Shown here piece by piece: positions 1 through 13,223 of a stretch of DNA of 43,194 nt. The stretch's first letter is position 1. Each line of letters starts with the position of its first letter. The stretch spans positions 1-43,194 of the forward strand of contig CAIOXK010000020.1 of assembly GCA_903862255.1 (NCBI GenBank). Reading direction: 5' to 3'. The position numbers and the translations under genes were made by a program. The notes under the pieces are model-generated. The model did not search any database, was not told where the DNA came from, and saw only the letters and a program-made list of their open reading frames with translations. This DNA comes from Candidatus Nomurabacteria bacterium. GTDB lineage: Bacteria > Patescibacteriota > Minisyncoccia > Phycocordibacterales > UBA9973.

Positions 1-188
1 GCATTGGTAATATTACAGCGCCCCCCACCACTAATTTTTAATTTCTCGCCAAGAAATTTATTTTTCTCAATAATGAGTACTCGTTTACCTAGTGCGGCCG
101 CCTTACCAGCTGCCATCATACCTGAAGCACCGCCACCAATTACGATAACGTCATAGAGTTCTGATGGATCTTTGGCTAGTTTCTGCAT
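1..188 (-). CDS. HI0933/YhiN-family flavoprotein, N-terminal part (runs off the window)
   Basis: Manual translation from ATG at 188: [27 protein letters not shown]...EKN...[14 protein letters not shown]. Has the Rossmann GxGxxG and the family-typical SGGGRCN motif. Not in the ORF track. Confidence 0.85.
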   Translation of the reverse strand, partial: MQKLAKDPSELYDVIVIGGGASGMMAAGKAAALGKRVLIIEKNKFLGEKLKISGGGRCNITN

Positions 189-194
189 AGCGTT

Positions 195-1664
195 TTACTT
201 ATCTAGATCGAGTGTTTCATCAATGCGGATTTGATGCACGAATTCATTTACGTGAGACACTAAAATCATTGCGCCAGTATAGGCACTCAATGCTTTGGCA
301 ATGATTGGTAGGTGACGGAAGTTGATGTGGTTTGTTGGTTCATCGAGAATCAAAAGCCCTGGCTCCATAAGAACAAGGTTGGCAAATGCCACCATACCTT
401 TTTGTCCTTCTGATAATGCACCAATACGGGTATTGATCACATCACTGGTAATTAAAAAGTTAGCAGCGACTGAACGAAGACGTTCTTCGTTTGGGCGAAT
501 TCCTGATGCTTCCATGGCTTTCTTGAGAGATTGGTACACTGTGTCGTTGAAATCGAGCGTAGAAAAGTCTTGGCGGTAATACCCTACACGCACACCTTTG
601 CCGATTGAGGATCCTTTGGCTGTACCATTAGCAATAGATTCAAGTAATGTAGATTTACCGATGCCGTTCGGACCTTTCAATAGTAGGTGTTGATTTTTAC
701 GAAGTACAATTGTTGCCTTACGCTCAGTAACTTTGTGATTCTTTAGTACAGTAAAGCCCGTAATAGTAATAATCTCGCCAATGAGGTCTTGTTGAAATGG
801 AATAACAAATGGGCGGATAGTCTTGTCTTCTTTACGAACATCAACAATGTCTTCTTCGAGCTCTTCAGCTTTCTCTCGCATACGCTTAGCAACGAGACGC
901 ATTTGACCGCCCTTATATGCAAACATGTTGGCCTTATCTTTCTTGGCTTGAATTTCTTTTGCTAACATTGCATTCTTCATATTTTCTTTTTCAATACGAA
1001 TAGCAATATCACGAACTACATCGGTATAATTGCCAGTATATTGTTCAACCTTGCGACTAAAAATGTCTAAGTACAACACTCCTTCTGTAAAAGCATTTAA
1101 GAAGTCAGCATCGTGAGAAATAACCAGTACTGTTTTCTTATAATCAACAAGGAATTTTGTCAGATGTTGAATACCTGCAGTATCAAGGTTATTTGTAGGC
1201 TCGTCTAAGAGTAATAGATCAGGGTCTTGAATTAGGGCAGATGCTAGAAGTAATCGCGCTTGTTGGCCACCAGAGAATGATTTAATAATACGATCATGGA
1301 CATTTTTCACGGGAAGATTTACCACTTCTAATACATTGTCGATACGGGGGTCGATATCGTATATTTTTTCTTTAAATTGTGATTCGAAATATTCGCGAAC
1401 AGTTAGATCCATTTGTTCACGAGGAATAACTTGCTTAGCGGTGGCAACTGTTGTACCTTTTACTACATTGATAACCCCGTCTTCTTGCTTATATACCCCT
1501 GTCAGCAAATTGAAAATAGTACTTTTACCAGCACCATTTTGCCCCATTAATGTTAGTTTTGCACCTTTGCGAATAGAAAAAGTAACCTCCTCGAGAATGG
1601 GTTTCGTGGCACTATATTCAAACGAAACGTCATCGAATCGTACTATTGTTTCTGCTTTAGACAT
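195..1664 (-). CDS. ABC-F family ATPase (ribosome-associated)
   Basis: Two ABC domains (GQNGAGKS/FSGGQ/LLLDEPTN and GPNGIGKS/LSEGQ/ILDEPTNH) joined by a helical linker; no TM segments. Confidence 0.9.
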   Translation of the reverse strand: MSKAETIVRFDDVSFEYSATKPILEEVTFSIRKGAKLTLMGQNGAGKSTIFNLLTGVYKQEDGVINVVKGTTVATAKQVIPREQMDLTVREYFESQFKEKIYDIDPRIDNVLEVVNLPVKNVHDRIIKSFSGGQQARLLLASALIQDPDLLLLDEPTNNLDTAGIQHLTKFLVDYKKTVLVISHDADFLNAFTEGVLYLDIFSRKVEQYTGNYTDVVRDIAIRIEKENMKNAMLAKEIQAKKDKANMFAYKGGQMRLVAKRMREKAEELEEDIVDVRKEDKTIRPFVIPFQQDLIGEIITITGFTVLKNHKVTERKATIVLRKNQHLLLKGPNGIGKSTLLESIANGTAKGSSIGKGVRVGYYRQDFSTLDFNDTVYQSLKKAMEASGIRPNEERLRSVAANFLITSDVINTRIGALSEGQKGMVAFANLVLMEPGLLILDEPTNHINFRHLPIIAKALSAYTGAMILVSHVNEFVHQIRIDETLDLDK

Positions 1665-1735
1665 TAGAAATGAAAGGTAATATGTTATAATTAATCGTCA
1701 TAAATTATAACATTAAGTTTGTGTTTTGACTAGTC

Positions 1736-2779
1736 ATGTCACCAGCTATCACAAGTGCTTCAAAGAAATTATTTTCGTGGTCAAACATATTCTTCTTTGC
1801 TCTTTGCTGCGCCGTGTTATATATCATTGTGCGCAACTTACCTGAATTACGAACAATTGATCAATTATTTAAACAAATTGATGCTTGGTGGATTAGTGTA
1901 GCTTTTGCTAGTCAGATAATTACTTATATTGCAACAGCTTTTTTGTACTTAGTTTTGCTGAATGGTTTTAATAATAAGTCACAGATAAAAACATGGCGCT
2001 TAGTAAACATGTCTATAGTAATAGTTTTCATTAATCAAATTGTGCCGAGTGGCGGCATTGGCGGTAACGGTTTTCTTTTTAATGAATTATCAAAAAACGG
2101 TATCTCTTCAAAAAAGACATTTTTTACCATCATTATGGAATGTCTATCTCTATATATATCAATGATTCTGCTTTTGATTTGCTTACCGCTCCTTTATCTT
2201 CTTCATCATAGCGGGTTACCCCATCTTTTTTTGATTGCTATTATTTATGGTTTTGTTTTTTATATTGTACTTGCAGTAGCGATGACAATTTTTAGTAAGA
2301 AAGAAATTTTACAATATGTTATTAAAAAACTCTCACGGTTTCATTTCATGAGTCATTATTTCGAACATGTGACATTTTCTCCACAAGGCATGTTTACTGA
2401 ATATAATGTGACCGGCGCATGGCAAATGTTTGTTGCGTACCCGAAACAAATGCTTTCTGTGGTTGGGGGCCATCTCGCAGTATTTCTCGCCGATGGCCTT
2501 ACAATTTTTGCGTTAGTAAAAGGACTTGAACTCCATGTTTCAATTATTGTTATTTTATTGGGATTATTGCTATCAAATATTATCGCTGCCCTACCAATCT
2601 CTCCAGGGTCACTGCTTGTATATGAAGGAGCTATGACATTTTTTTACTCTGCCATGGGGGTACCGTTTCAAGCTGCCTTGGTTATTACATTAATGTATCG
2701 AGTGTTGTCATTTTGGTTACCAGTTATCATCGGTTTGCTAATCTACAGATCAGTACAAACCAAAAAAATAGAGCAGTAG
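1736..2779 (+). CDS. Lysylphosphatidylglycerol synthase TM / UPF0104 flippase-like membrane protein
   Basis: Polytopic; motifs NQIVPSGGIGG, PISPGSLLVYEG and YRVLSFW. Confidence 0.8.
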   Translation: MSPAITSASKKLFSWSNIFFFALCCAVLYIIVRNLPELRTIDQLFKQIDAWWISVAFASQIITYIATAFLYLVLLNGFNNKSQIKTWRLVNMSIVIVFINQIVPSGGIGGNGFLFNELSKNGISSKKTFFTIIMECLSLYISMILLLICLPLLYLLHHSGLPHLFLIAIIYGFVFYIVLAVAMTIFSKKEILQYVIKKLSRFHFMSHYFEHVTFSPQGMFTEYNVTGAWQMFVAYPKQMLSVVGGHLAVFLADGLTIFALVKGLELHVSIIVILLGLLLSNIIAALPISPGSLLVYEGAMTFFYSAMGVPFQAALVITLMYRVLSFWLPVIIGLLIYRSVQTKKIEQ

Positions 2780-3343
2780 TTAATACTTTCGCATTACTCC
2801 ACGTACAATCGCAACAATACTTAGTTCATAGTCAGGATAAATAGGTTTATATTTTTTATTTGCTGGCTCAAGCCACTGTTTACCTGCTTTGCCGCGAAGG
2901 TATTTCATAGTAAATTCACCATCAACTTGTGCAATAACAATATCACCATCCTTCGCCGTACTTGCACGTTCTGCAATAACAATATCACCATCAGCAATGT
3001 GAGCTTCGATCATGGAATCGCCCGTTACTTCAAAAAGATACGTTAATGCTTTTTTGGGCATCAAGTAATTTTCAATATTTAGTGTATCTGTTAATAGTTC
3101 TCCTGGTGCCGGCAGTCCCGCTGTCACAAAACCAAGCATAGGCACGTCATTAAAGCTATCTGAAGGAATTAGTTTGCCAAGCTTATCTTTCGTTACAATG
3201 CCTGCAGCAATAAGTTTGGAGACTACCCGAGCAACTGCGTTTTTTGACTTGAAACCAAAAAGTTTCATCATTTCTGTATATGTTGGCATTCGGCGTTGCG
3301 ATTGATGAAATTTTAGTATTTTTTCTTTGTAATCGGTTTCCAT
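2780..3343 (-). CDS. lexA: LexA repressor
   Basis: N-terminal HTH (PTYTEMMKLFGFKSKNAV), Ala-Gly cleavage site (VTAG), S24 Ser/Lys dyad (GDSM, FTMK). Confidence 0.9.
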   Translation of the reverse strand: METDYKEKILKFHQSQRRMPTYTEMMKLFGFKSKNAVARVVSKLIAAGIVTKDKLGKLIPSDSFNDVPMLGFVTAGLPAPGELLTDTLNIENYLMPKKALTYLFEVTGDSMIEAHIADGDIVIAERASTAKDGDIVIAQVDGEFTMKYLRGKAGKQWLEPANKKYKPIYPDYELSIVAIVRGVMRKY

Positions 3344-3372
3344 AAAAAGTTATTTATATAGCAGGTTTTGGC

Positions 3373-3549
3373 TTAGAAGCTAATACGCAGACTGTTACGA
3401 AATAATTGTAACAGAAAATTACTTTGTTTTATAGGTTTGATTTGCGCACAGGCGATTAGTGAATGATTGCCTTGTATGTAGTCATTACTGAGTCGTTCGA
3501 GACGATTGATTTCATTTTTGAGAGCGAGCTGGAATGGAGTGTTTTTCAT
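3373..3549 (-). CDS. Small hypothetical protein (~58 aa) upstream of lexA
   Basis: ORF 3373..3588, start trimmed to ATG 3549 (MKNTPFQ...) to avoid overlap; loosely similar to the adjacent 61-aa ORF. Confidence 0.5.
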   Translation of the reverse strand: MKNTPFQLALKNEINRLERLSNDYIQGNHSLIACAQIKPIKQSNFLLQLFRNSLRISF

Positions 3550-3559
3550 GTAGATAAAA

Positions 3560-3745
3560 TTATGCAAATAATGGGAAAACTCGACCAAGAAAGCCTCTTT
3601 TTTGCTCTCTTATTTTGCGAAGTAGCATACGGTGCTTACGTGATTCTTCCGTATATTGTTGACCTTTAAGAATCTTCGTATCGATGTGGCGATTCAAGGC
3701 ACTGATCTGCTTTTCTAGTACTGCGATGTATTGGTGTTGTGACAT
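3560..3745 (-). CDS. Small basic helical hypothetical protein (61 aa), first gene of the putative lexA operon
   Basis: Clean ORF downstream of a strong promoter/SOS box, co-oriented with lexA. Confidence 0.7.
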   Translation of the reverse strand: MSQHQYIAVLEKQISALNRHIDTKILKGQQYTEESRKHRMLLRKIREQKRGFLGRVFPLFA

Positions 3746-3794
3746 ATCATTAAACTTTTTTACTTAAAATAATTACTCCTTCTATTACTCTTTT

Positions 3795-3823
3795 AGTATA
3801 AGTGAACAATCGTTCACATGCAA
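3795..3823 (-). promoter_or_regulatory. Sigma70 promoter with a LexA (SOS) box in the spacer
   Basis: TTGCAT (3823-3818), 17 bp, TATACT (3800-3795). The spacer holds GTGAAC-AATC-GTTCAC (3802-3817), matching the Gram-positive-type GAAC-N4-GTTC box. Confidence 0.85.
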
Positions 3824-3842
3824 GTAGTATGGTAAAAAAAGT

Positions 3843-3851
3843 TGTGGATAA
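3843..3851 (-). promoter_or_regulatory. DnaA box
   Basis: Perfect TTATCCACA on the minus strand; single copy. Confidence 0.45.
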
Positions 3852-3878
3852 GTCTAAAACGTAAAATCCTACAGCCAG

Positions 3879-4520
3879 TTAAAAGTGTAGGATTGTTTCT
3901 AGAAGATGTTCTTTTGTTAAAATTGTGCCTTCGCATATTTTACTGTTACTGACGGAATTAATGTACGCACGCCAATGATACATATCTGTGGGGGATAATA
4001 ATCCAGCAATAGTTAATTCCCCACTACTTGTAATAAAAGGAAATAAATTGTATTCCCCACGATAAATAATGGGCTCTGCGACAGATTGAGTATTGTGTCT
4101 TTTAGCTAACGCCGCGATCTGTGCATAAGTGAATGCTGAGCTTCGCAATATCTCTGCTCCACCAAATTCTTCGAACAATTCATCAGTACGCAAAGGTATT
4201 GCCAGCTTGGTAGCATGTATGTGCACAGCAGGTGTTGCTGGTACGATCTCTGGAATCACATTGTCAAAATGATCTTTCCATGCGGACTTAATTAATTTTT
4301 TGCCCCATAGTTCTTTACGAGTAGCCTCGCCGATTGCAGGTAATAAATAAGGGGCGCGAATCACTGGCTGCAACAAGTCAAAATCCTCGATCTTAAGTAT
4401 TTTGGCTAAATCAGCAGATTTGCGAGCCCAATACAAAACAGATTTCGGTGACATTTTGCGCGACGCTTCCATCATTACTGTAACAAAATCAAAGGTGATG
4501 TTATCTAATGTACTTTTCAT
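3879..4520 (-). CDS. Hypothetical protein (213 aa)
   Basis: Long ORF filling the gap; no motif recognised. Confidence 0.65.
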   Translation of the reverse strand: MKSTLDNITFDFVTVMMEASRKMSPKSVLYWARKSADLAKILKIEDFDLLQPVIRAPYLLPAIGEATRKELWGKKLIKSAWKDHFDNVIPEIVPATPAVHIHATKLAIPLRTDELFEEFGGAEILRSSAFTYAQIAALAKRHNTQSVAEPIIYRGEYNLFPFITSSGELTIAGLLSPTDMYHWRAYINSVSNSKICEGTILTKEHLLETILHF

Positions 4521-4567
4521 TTCTTCGGTTTTACGTTTTGACTACTCTACTTATATTGAGGCTAATG

Positions 4568-5191
4568 TCAATTAAAAAACCCCTCTTCTTTTTTAAGTTT
4601 CTTAATCATTCTTTTCCAGAACAATAGCCCAGACCCGATAAGAATAATAAAAACAATAATTGAAAAATTGCCAATCAGCTTATTTACAGCTTCCCAACTA
4701 TCTCCAAATACATATCCAAGCGTACCGTAGAATGCCACATAGCCTACTGAGCCAAGTATTTCAAATAGTAAGTACTTCCTGTATGGTACTTCACTGATTG
4801 CACATAGTGCATTAACGGATAATGTCGCAATTGCTTCGAATCGACTAATGAAAACAACAAAGCCAGGTTGTTGCTGCATCTTCTTCTGAATTAAAAGAGA
4901 GTTTTCAGAATTCATTATCTTGCGAGTAAAAGCGAATCGATCAAATACTCTTCTTCCGTAGATTCGAATTACCCAATAACAAATATTATCGCCGATAATT
5001 GATGCTACTATTGCGACCAATAAGATAATAAAAAAGTTAAAGTAGCCTTGGCTGGCGAAAGCCGAAGATGCAATCAATAATGTACCTGCCGGGATCGGTA
5101 TGGCAAGCGATGATAAAAAAGTTAGTACAAACAATGCCCAATACTTATATATCAATATATATGGCAAAATTGTTTGTGCTATAAAATCCAT
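4568..5191 (-). CDS. DedA family membrane protein
   Basis: PIPAG, SIIGDNICYW and FISRF motifs with DedA-type TM pattern. Confidence 0.88.
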   Translation of the reverse strand: MDFIAQTILPYILIYKYWALFVLTFLSSLAIPIPAGTLLIASSAFASQGYFNFFIILLVAIVASIIGDNICYWVIRIYGRRVFDRFAFTRKIMNSENSLLIQKKMQQQPGFVVFISRFEAIATLSVNALCAISEVPYRKYLLFEILGSVGYVAFYGTLGYVFGDSWEAVNKLIGNFSIIVFIILIGSGLLFWKRMIKKLKKEEGFFN

Positions 5192-5196
5192 AACCT

Positions 5197-5643
5197 TTAT
5201 TGATTTTGATACGTACTAACGTAATGCTGAACTGTATCTAGTAATAATTTTTGATTAATATTGCTTTCTTTTGCATAAGTATCAATACGCACGTTTGGGT
5301 ACTTCGGGTCGTTTATTCCGAGAATGTCTTTTATATAATTTGTCGGCAATTTATACACTACATTCACATAGTCAAAAGTCATCCATGCCTGAATCGTACT
5401 TACTGGTAAATGAGTATTTGTTAGCGTAATACCACCTGAAGTCGCCTGCGATGATCCAGCTAAGTCAGTCAATAGCACTCGCTTATTGGTACGGTGAATT
5501 TCTGGTCGATGAAGTTCTCCCTCAATAAAAGATTGCTCAAATGAATAAATAAAGTATTTGATTGCTACTGTTAGGCTTACCAATAAAAATATCAACACAA
5601 TTGTCACCCAATGAACCTTCAAAAATGCTGTAACTTTTTTCAT
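5197..5643 (-). CDS. Membrane-anchored hypothetical protein, coupled to DedA
   Basis: One N-terminal TM helix, WMTFDYVN motif; start trimmed to ATG 5643, which has TATAGT 6 nt upstream. Confidence 0.7.
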   Translation of the reverse strand: MKKVTAFLKVHWVTIVLIFLLVSLTVAIKYFIYSFEQSFIEGELHRPEIHRTNKRVLLTDLAGSSQATSGGITLTNTHLPVSTIQAWMTFDYVNVVYKLPTNYIKDILGINDPKYPNVRIDTYAKESNINQKLLLDTVQHYVSTYQNQ

Positions 5644-5650
5644 AGCAATA

Positions 5651-7159
5651 CTATACACTAAAAAGTTTTTTTCCAGTCATCCCCTCAGGCTGTTCGATTT
5701 CTAATAGTCCAAGCACTGTTGGTGCGAGCCATGTTAGGTCTCCGCCATTTGTCAGTAGTAAATCTTTATTAGTAATAATACAAGGCACTTTATTAAGTGT
5801 ATGTGCTGTATGTGCAACATTTGCCTCGCGGTCAAAATTTACTTCCGCATTGCCATGATCAGCTGTAATAATTGCAGTACCGCCATTGGCAGTCAGTGCC
5901 TCGATAACACGCCCTAGCTGTGTATCTGTTTCCTCGAGAGCTTCAATAATTGCAGGAACATTGGCTGTATGGCCAACCATATCAGGATTAGCAAAGTTTA
6001 TGAAAATGAAATTCACATCATCGTGAATACGCGTAATAACTTCATCGGCGATACTTTCAGCGCGCATTTTCGGAGCAAGATCGTGTGTGGGCACATCTTT
6101 GCGACTATCAAGTAATACAAACTCTTCACGATCATGTGGTTCTTCAACGCCACCATTCAAAAAGTATGTTGCATGTGGAAATTTTTCTGTTTCAGCAACG
6201 TGAGCTTGCTTCATACCAGCCTGTGATACTTCTTGTGCCAGTGTAGTCTGTAGCGCTTCTGGTGGAAATGCTACGGCTACATCGTACTTACTGCTGTATT
6301 CAGTCATTGTTACAATGAAAAGATTTTTTTCTTCTTTGTGTTTCAATAATGTTTCAGTCAACATACGTGCGCGGTCAGAACGGAAGTTAAAAAAGAATAC
6401 GCCATCATTCTTTTGGATCGGATATGCAGTACCATCAGCGTCTGTAATCACTACCGGTTCCATGCGTTCGTCATAGATACCTTTTTCATGAAGACTTTCC
6501 ATAATTTCTGAAGGCTTCAAATGATGCTTTGTTCCAGAGCCTTCGAAGAGTGCTGCTTCTGCATGTGCCAAGCGATCCCAGTTTTGATCACGATCCATGG
6601 CGTAAAAACGGCCAGACATAGTTGCAATACGTCCTACACCAATTGTTTCGAGTTCATGTTCGAGAGTTTTAAGAAATCCTGCAGCAGACTGAGGTGCAGT
6701 ATCGCGACCATCAGTAAATACATGTAGGAATACCTTTGTCAGGCCTTGTTTTTTGCATGCATGTAAAAAAGCTACCAGGTGATCATGGTGAGCATGAACA
6801 CCGCCTGTACCCAGCAAGCCTAATACATGAATTGCACTATCATGCTCTCGTACATGAGCAAAGAGTTCACCGAATGCAGTTCGCTCTGAATAAGTATCTT
6901 CGCGGATAGTTTTGCCGATACGAACAAGGTCTGTATCCAAACTACGGCCGGCACCGATAGTCATATGCCCTATCTCGCTGTTGCCTACCTGGCCTTCTGG
7001 AAGCCCTACAGCCTCACCACTAGCCTCAAGTAATGTATGTGGATATTCTGCCCAATACTTATCAAAATTAGGGGTTTTTGCAGCAGCTACAGCATTATCT
7101 GCAGCCTCTTCTCTGTATCCCCACCCGTCCAAAACGATCAATGCAACTTGTTTTTTCAT
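5651..7159 (-). CDS. gpmI: 2,3-bisphosphoglycerate-independent phosphoglycerate mutase
   Basis: LDGWG, GNSEIGH, DGRD, NPDMVGH and TADHGN motifs. Confidence 0.97.
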   Translation of the reverse strand: MKKQVALIVLDGWGYREEAADNAVAAAKTPNFDKYWAEYPHTLLEASGEAVGLPEGQVGNSEIGHMTIGAGRSLDTDLVRIGKTIREDTYSERTAFGELFAHVREHDSAIHVLGLLGTGGVHAHHDHLVAFLHACKKQGLTKVFLHVFTDGRDTAPQSAAGFLKTLEHELETIGVGRIATMSGRFYAMDRDQNWDRLAHAEAALFEGSGTKHHLKPSEIMESLHEKGIYDERMEPVVITDADGTAYPIQKNDGVFFFNFRSDRARMLTETLLKHKEEKNLFIVTMTEYSSKYDVAVAFPPEALQTTLAQEVSQAGMKQAHVAETEKFPHATYFLNGGVEEPHDREEFVLLDSRKDVPTHDLAPKMRAESIADEVITRIHDDVNFIFINFANPDMVGHTANVPAIIEALEETDTQLGRVIEALTANGGTAIITADHGNAEVNFDREANVAHTAHTLNKVPCIITNKDLLLTNGGDLTWLAPTVLGLLEIEQPEGMTGKKLFSV

Positions 7160-7176
7160 AGAAGTCTATTATAGCT

Positions 7177-7211
7177 AAAAACCGCCTGAGTTTAAAGTTC
7201 GGGCGGTTTTT
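7177..7211 (-). terminator. Rho-independent terminator after eno
   Basis: AAAAACCGCCTGA...TCGGGCGGTTTTT hairpin flanked by A/T runs. Confidence 0.75.
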
Positions 7212-7228
7212 ATGTTAAATAGTTTTAG

Positions 7229-8515
7229 CTATTTCTGAAATGGATTCATGAAAACAGCCTTCTTGCCCATATCTTCTTCAATGCGGAGCAATTCGTTGTA
7301 TTTTGCAACACGGTCAGTACGTGATAATGAGCCTGTTTTGATTTGACCAGTTCCAAGACCAACAGCAAGGTGTGCAATAGTTACATCTTCTGTTTCTCCT
7401 GAACGGTGAGACATGATAGATGTGTACCCAGCCTTTGTGGCCATTTCAACAGCAGCAACTGTTTCTGTAATAGTTCCGATCTGGTTTACCTTAATCAAGA
7501 TACTGTTTCCAGCACCCATTTCAATTCCTTTTGCAAGGCGTTCTGTATTTGTTACAAAAAGATCATCACCAACAAGTTGAACTTTTGCGCCAAACTTCTT
7601 AGTCATTTTTACGTATCCTTCCCAATCATCTTCTGCAAGACCATCCTCAATTGAAACGATATTGTACTTTTTTAACCAATCACCATAGTAACTAATCATC
7701 TGATCAGTTGTTAGCTTAAGTCCATCACGCTCTAGAACGTAGAGTTGATCATGAAATAATTCAGTTGCAGCAACATCCAATGCAAAGCCAAAGTCTTTGC
7801 CAACTTTGTACCCAGCATTCTTTATTGCTTCTGATACAAGTACAAGCGCCTCTTCATTAGTTTTTACCTGAACAGCGAAACCGCCTTCATCGCCAACAGT
7901 TGTTGTAAATCCTTTGCCTGACAATACTTTCTTAAGTGCATGAAATACTTCAGCGCCCATACGTAGTGCCTCTGTAAATGTAGGAGCACTTAATGGCATG
8001 ATCATGAATTCTTGCATGTCAGTGGACATGGTTGCATGCTGGCCACCGTTTAGCACGTTCATCATTGGCATTGGCAATTTCATTTTTGTTTTCTTCTTTG
8101 TGAGAGTGTTGAAATATTCATACAATGCGAGGCCTTCACATTCTGCTGCAGCATGTGCGAATGCCATAGATACAGCCAAGATCGCGTTTGCACCAAGATT
8201 AGATTTTGTATCAGTACCATCAAGAGCAATCAATGCCATATCGAGTGATTCTTGATCGAAAGACTTTTTGATTATCTTCTTCTTGATAAGAGTGTTTACG
8301 TTTTCAACTGCTTTTAAAACACCTTTTCCGAGGTATCGTTTCTTGTCGCCATCACGAAGTTCTAGTGCTTCGTGGCTACCTGTTGATGCGCCAGATGGCA
8401 CAGCAGCACGTCCAAGTGAGCCGTTTTCTAATTCGATATCTACTTCCACAGTAGGGTTACCGCGTGAGTCCAATATTTCGCGTGCATGTACGTAAGAAAT
8501 TGTATGTGTCTTCAT
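7229..8515 (-). CDS. eno: Enolase
   Basis: [29 protein letters not shown] and KYNELLRIE motifs; start trimmed to MKTH at 8515. Confidence 0.98.
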   Translation of the reverse strand: MKTHTISYVHAREILDSRGNPTVEVDIELENGSLGRAAVPSGASTGSHEALELRDGDKKRYLGKGVLKAVENVNTLIKKKIIKKSFDQESLDMALIALDGTDTKSNLGANAILAVSMAFAHAAAECEGLALYEYFNTLTKKKTKMKLPMPMMNVLNGGQHATMSTDMQEFMIMPLSAPTFTEALRMGAEVFHALKKVLSGKGFTTTVGDEGGFAVQVKTNEEALVLVSEAIKNAGYKVGKDFGFALDVAATELFHDQLYVLERDGLKLTTDQMISYYGDWLKKYNIVSIEDGLAEDDWEGYVKMTKKFGAKVQLVGDDLFVTNTERLAKGIEMGAGNSILIKVNQIGTITETVAAVEMATKAGYTSIMSHRSGETEDVTIAHLAVGLGTGQIKTGSLSRTDRVAKYNELLRIEEDMGKKAVFMNPFQK

Positions 8516-8589
8516 ATGGCTCCAGTATAGCAAACTATAAAAAGTACGGTACTTGTCGGCATACCTATTTTCATGTCGATATGTTGTTG

Positions 8590-9024
8590 TTATTTTCTAT
8601 AATTTCTTGTTTTCCACTTATTGCCAAGCTTAGCTACAAGCATTTCTTTTTCCAAAGATGACTCGAAATGTTCGAAATCTACATCTTCTTCATGTTCTTT
8701 TTGATGACGTAAATCAATTGCACGCTGTTCTGCGGCTGCAATTATTTCTGCACTAGTGATTGTATCAATATGTTGAGCGGTATCTGCCATCACTGTTACT
8801 GTCATACCGTCAATACGTGCGAAACCTTCCATCACTAGAAAAGGAATATGTTCACCATTTTTTGTGGCAACAATATCACCTTTGCCGATCAAGGTGATCA
8901 AAGGCACATGTTCCGGCAAAATAGTAATTTCACCTTCTGAAGTTGGAAGCGATACTTGGTCTACTTCTTCTTCATGAATGATTGCATCGGGCGTAATTAT
9001 TTTTAGTAATAGTGTGTGAGCCAT
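8590..9024 (-). CDS. atpC: F1Fo ATP synthase epsilon
   Basis: [14 protein letters not shown] motifs; last gene of the atp operon. Confidence 0.93.
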   Translation of the reverse strand: MAHTLLLKIITPDAIIHEEEVDQVSLPTSEGEITILPEHVPLITLIGKGDIVATKNGEHIPFLVMEGFARIDGMTVTVMADTAQHIDTITSAEIIAAAEQRAIDLRHQKEHEEDVDFEHFESSLEKEMLVAKLGNKWKTRNYRK

Positions 9025-9039
9025 AAATTATTCTCAGAC

Positions 9040-11285
<2,246 letters not shown>

Positions 11286-11297
11286 ATAGGTGTTTAT

Positions 11298-12803
11298 TTA
11301 TGTGAAGTACTGTGTCTTATGATCAGTAATTGCTTTTTGCAACAGCACCTCTGATTCATCGGTCCACATACCTTTTTGTTCGATATCTGTAATAAATTGT
11401 TTAGCGGTAAGTTCAATATAATCAATCAAACTTTTTTGAAATGCCGGAAGAGCGACTAGTGGTACATCATCAAGGTAGCCTTTTGTTAAGCTATATAGTG
11501 CAATTACTTGATGTGATACGTCGAATGGGTTGTATTGAGTTTGCTTCAAAAGCTCTACCGCTCTTTTGCCGCGTTCAAGTTGCCTTTTAGTATTTTCATC
11601 GAGATCGGAGCCGAATTGTGAAAAGGCTTCAAGTTCACGGAATTGGGCAAGGTCGAGCTTCAATGTACCTGCCACTTTTTTCATAGCTTTCTGCTGCGCA
11701 GATGAGCCTACGCGCGATACTGAGTTACCAACATTAATTGCAGGGCGAACACCTTTATAAAAAAGATCTGTTTCCAAAAAGATTTGACCATCAGTAATTG
11801 AGATCACATTTGTCGGAATGTATGCAGCCAAGTCGCCTGCCTGTGTTTCAATAATAGGAAGTGCTGTGATAGACCCTCCGCCGTATTCTGCATTGCGACG
11901 ACACGCACGTTCAAGTAATCGTGAGTGTAAATAAAAGACATCGCCTGGAAAGGCTTCACGTCCTGGTGGACGACGAAGTAGTAGTGAAATTTCACGATAT
12001 GATACTGCATGTTTAGAAAGATCATCATAGACAATCAATACATCTTTGCCTTGATCCATAAAGTATTCAGCAATAGCAGAACCCGCATATGGGGCAATAT
12101 ACGAAAGCGCGGCTGGTTCGGACGCCCCGGCAGAAACAATAACGGTGTAATCCATCGCCCCACTATCACGCAATAATGTTTCAATGCTCCTTAGTCGTGA
12201 GTCTTTTTGACCGATTGAAACATAGATACAGATCACGCCCGTGCCTTTTTGATTTAAAATAGTATCAAGTGCAATTGCTGTCTTGCCTGTTTTTCGGTCA
12301 CCAATAATGAGCTCTCGCTGGCCACGGCCAATTGGCACAAGTGCATCAATAGCCTTAATGCCTGTTTGCAGTGGCTGATCAACTGATTGACGAGTAATTA
12401 CACCGGGAGCAATACGCTCTACAGGATAGCGCGCAGATGCTTTGTACTCACCTCGCCCATCAATTACAGTACCAGTCGCATTTACTACATGACTGAGAAT
12501 ACTGTCACCAACCGGAATTTCTAATGTGTGTCCAGTTCTATGTACTGTGTCACCTTCTCTAATTGTGCGATAGTCACCAAGTACAATTACACCAACAAAG
12601 TCTGCCTCTAGATTAAGTACCATCCCTTCCACACCACTAGGAAATTTTACTACTTCTGAAGCCTGTACTGTTGATAAACCACTTACACGAACAACACCGT
12701 CGAATACTTCTAATACTGTACCAACTGATTCAGTTGTAGTATCAAGCAACACTGTATCTAGTTCACGTTTAAGGCTTTCTATAATTTTTTGTGCAGTAGC
12801 CAT
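11298..12803 (-). CDS. atpA: F1Fo ATP synthase alpha
   Basis: [38 protein letters not shown]. Confidence 0.99.
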   Translation of the reverse strand: MATAQKIIESLKRELDTVLLDTTTESVGTVLEVFDGVVRVSGLSTVQASEVVKFPSGVEGMVLNLEADFVGVIVLGDYRTIREGDTVHRTGHTLEIPVGDSILSHVVNATGTVIDGRGEYKASARYPVERIAPGVITRQSVDQPLQTGIKAIDALVPIGRGQRELIIGDRKTGKTAIALDTILNQKGTGVICIYVSIGQKDSRLRSIETLLRDSGAMDYTVIVSAGASEPAALSYIAPYAGSAIAEYFMDQGKDVLIVYDDLSKHAVSYREISLLLRRPPGREAFPGDVFYLHSRLLERACRRNAEYGGGSITALPIIETQAGDLAAYIPTNVISITDGQIFLETDLFYKGVRPAINVGNSVSRVGSSAQQKAMKKVAGTLKLDLAQFRELEAFSQFGSDLDENTKRQLERGKRAVELLKQTQYNPFDVSHQVIALYSLTKGYLDDVPLVALPAFQKSLIDYIELTAKQFITDIEQKGMWTDESEVLLQKAITDHKTQYFT

Positions 12804-12804
12804 A

Positions 12805-13221
12805 TTATTGTTTCAGTGTATTTGTTAGTGTAAGTAATTTTTTCTTAAGTGTTGCATCGTACAGCATATCGTTTACCTTAACCGAAACTCCACCGAGCAC
12901 AGATGGGTCAATTTTTTGATCAAAATGCACGGCGGTTGACCTGTATTGCTTTTGTAATTGCTTAGACAAATCGTCTAATTGTTTTTTACTCAGTGCAGTT
13001 GCTGATGTAATAATAGGACGAATAATATTTTCCTCTTGTTCTAATAGTTTCTCTGTTAATGCAATTACTGCAGGTCCTCGTTTCACTGCACCTGATCGTT
13101 TTAGTACAGCAACAAAATCCTTAACAACCTTCTTCGCGGCTGCTTCATTTTTTGCCTGTTTAATTGCATCAAACAGTATGTGAGCAATCTTACTATTAGC
13201 ATTTGAAGTAGTAATGGCCAT
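12805..13221 (-). CDS. atpH: F1Fo ATP synthase delta (short form, 138 aa)
   Basis: C-terminal [13 protein letters not shown]...YDATL; position between atpF and atpA. Confidence 0.88.
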   Translation of the reverse strand: MAITTSNANSKIAHILFDAIKQAKNEAAAKKVVKDFVAVLKRSGAVKRGPAVIALTEKLLEQEENIIRPIITSATALSKKQLDDLSKQLQKQYRSTAVHFDQKIDPSVLGGVSVKVNDMLYDATLKKKLLTLTNTLKQ

Positions 13222-13223
13222 AG

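Noticed and set aside
3843..3851. Possible replication origin
   Set aside because: Only one DnaA box, no cluster, and no dnaA/dnaN nearby.
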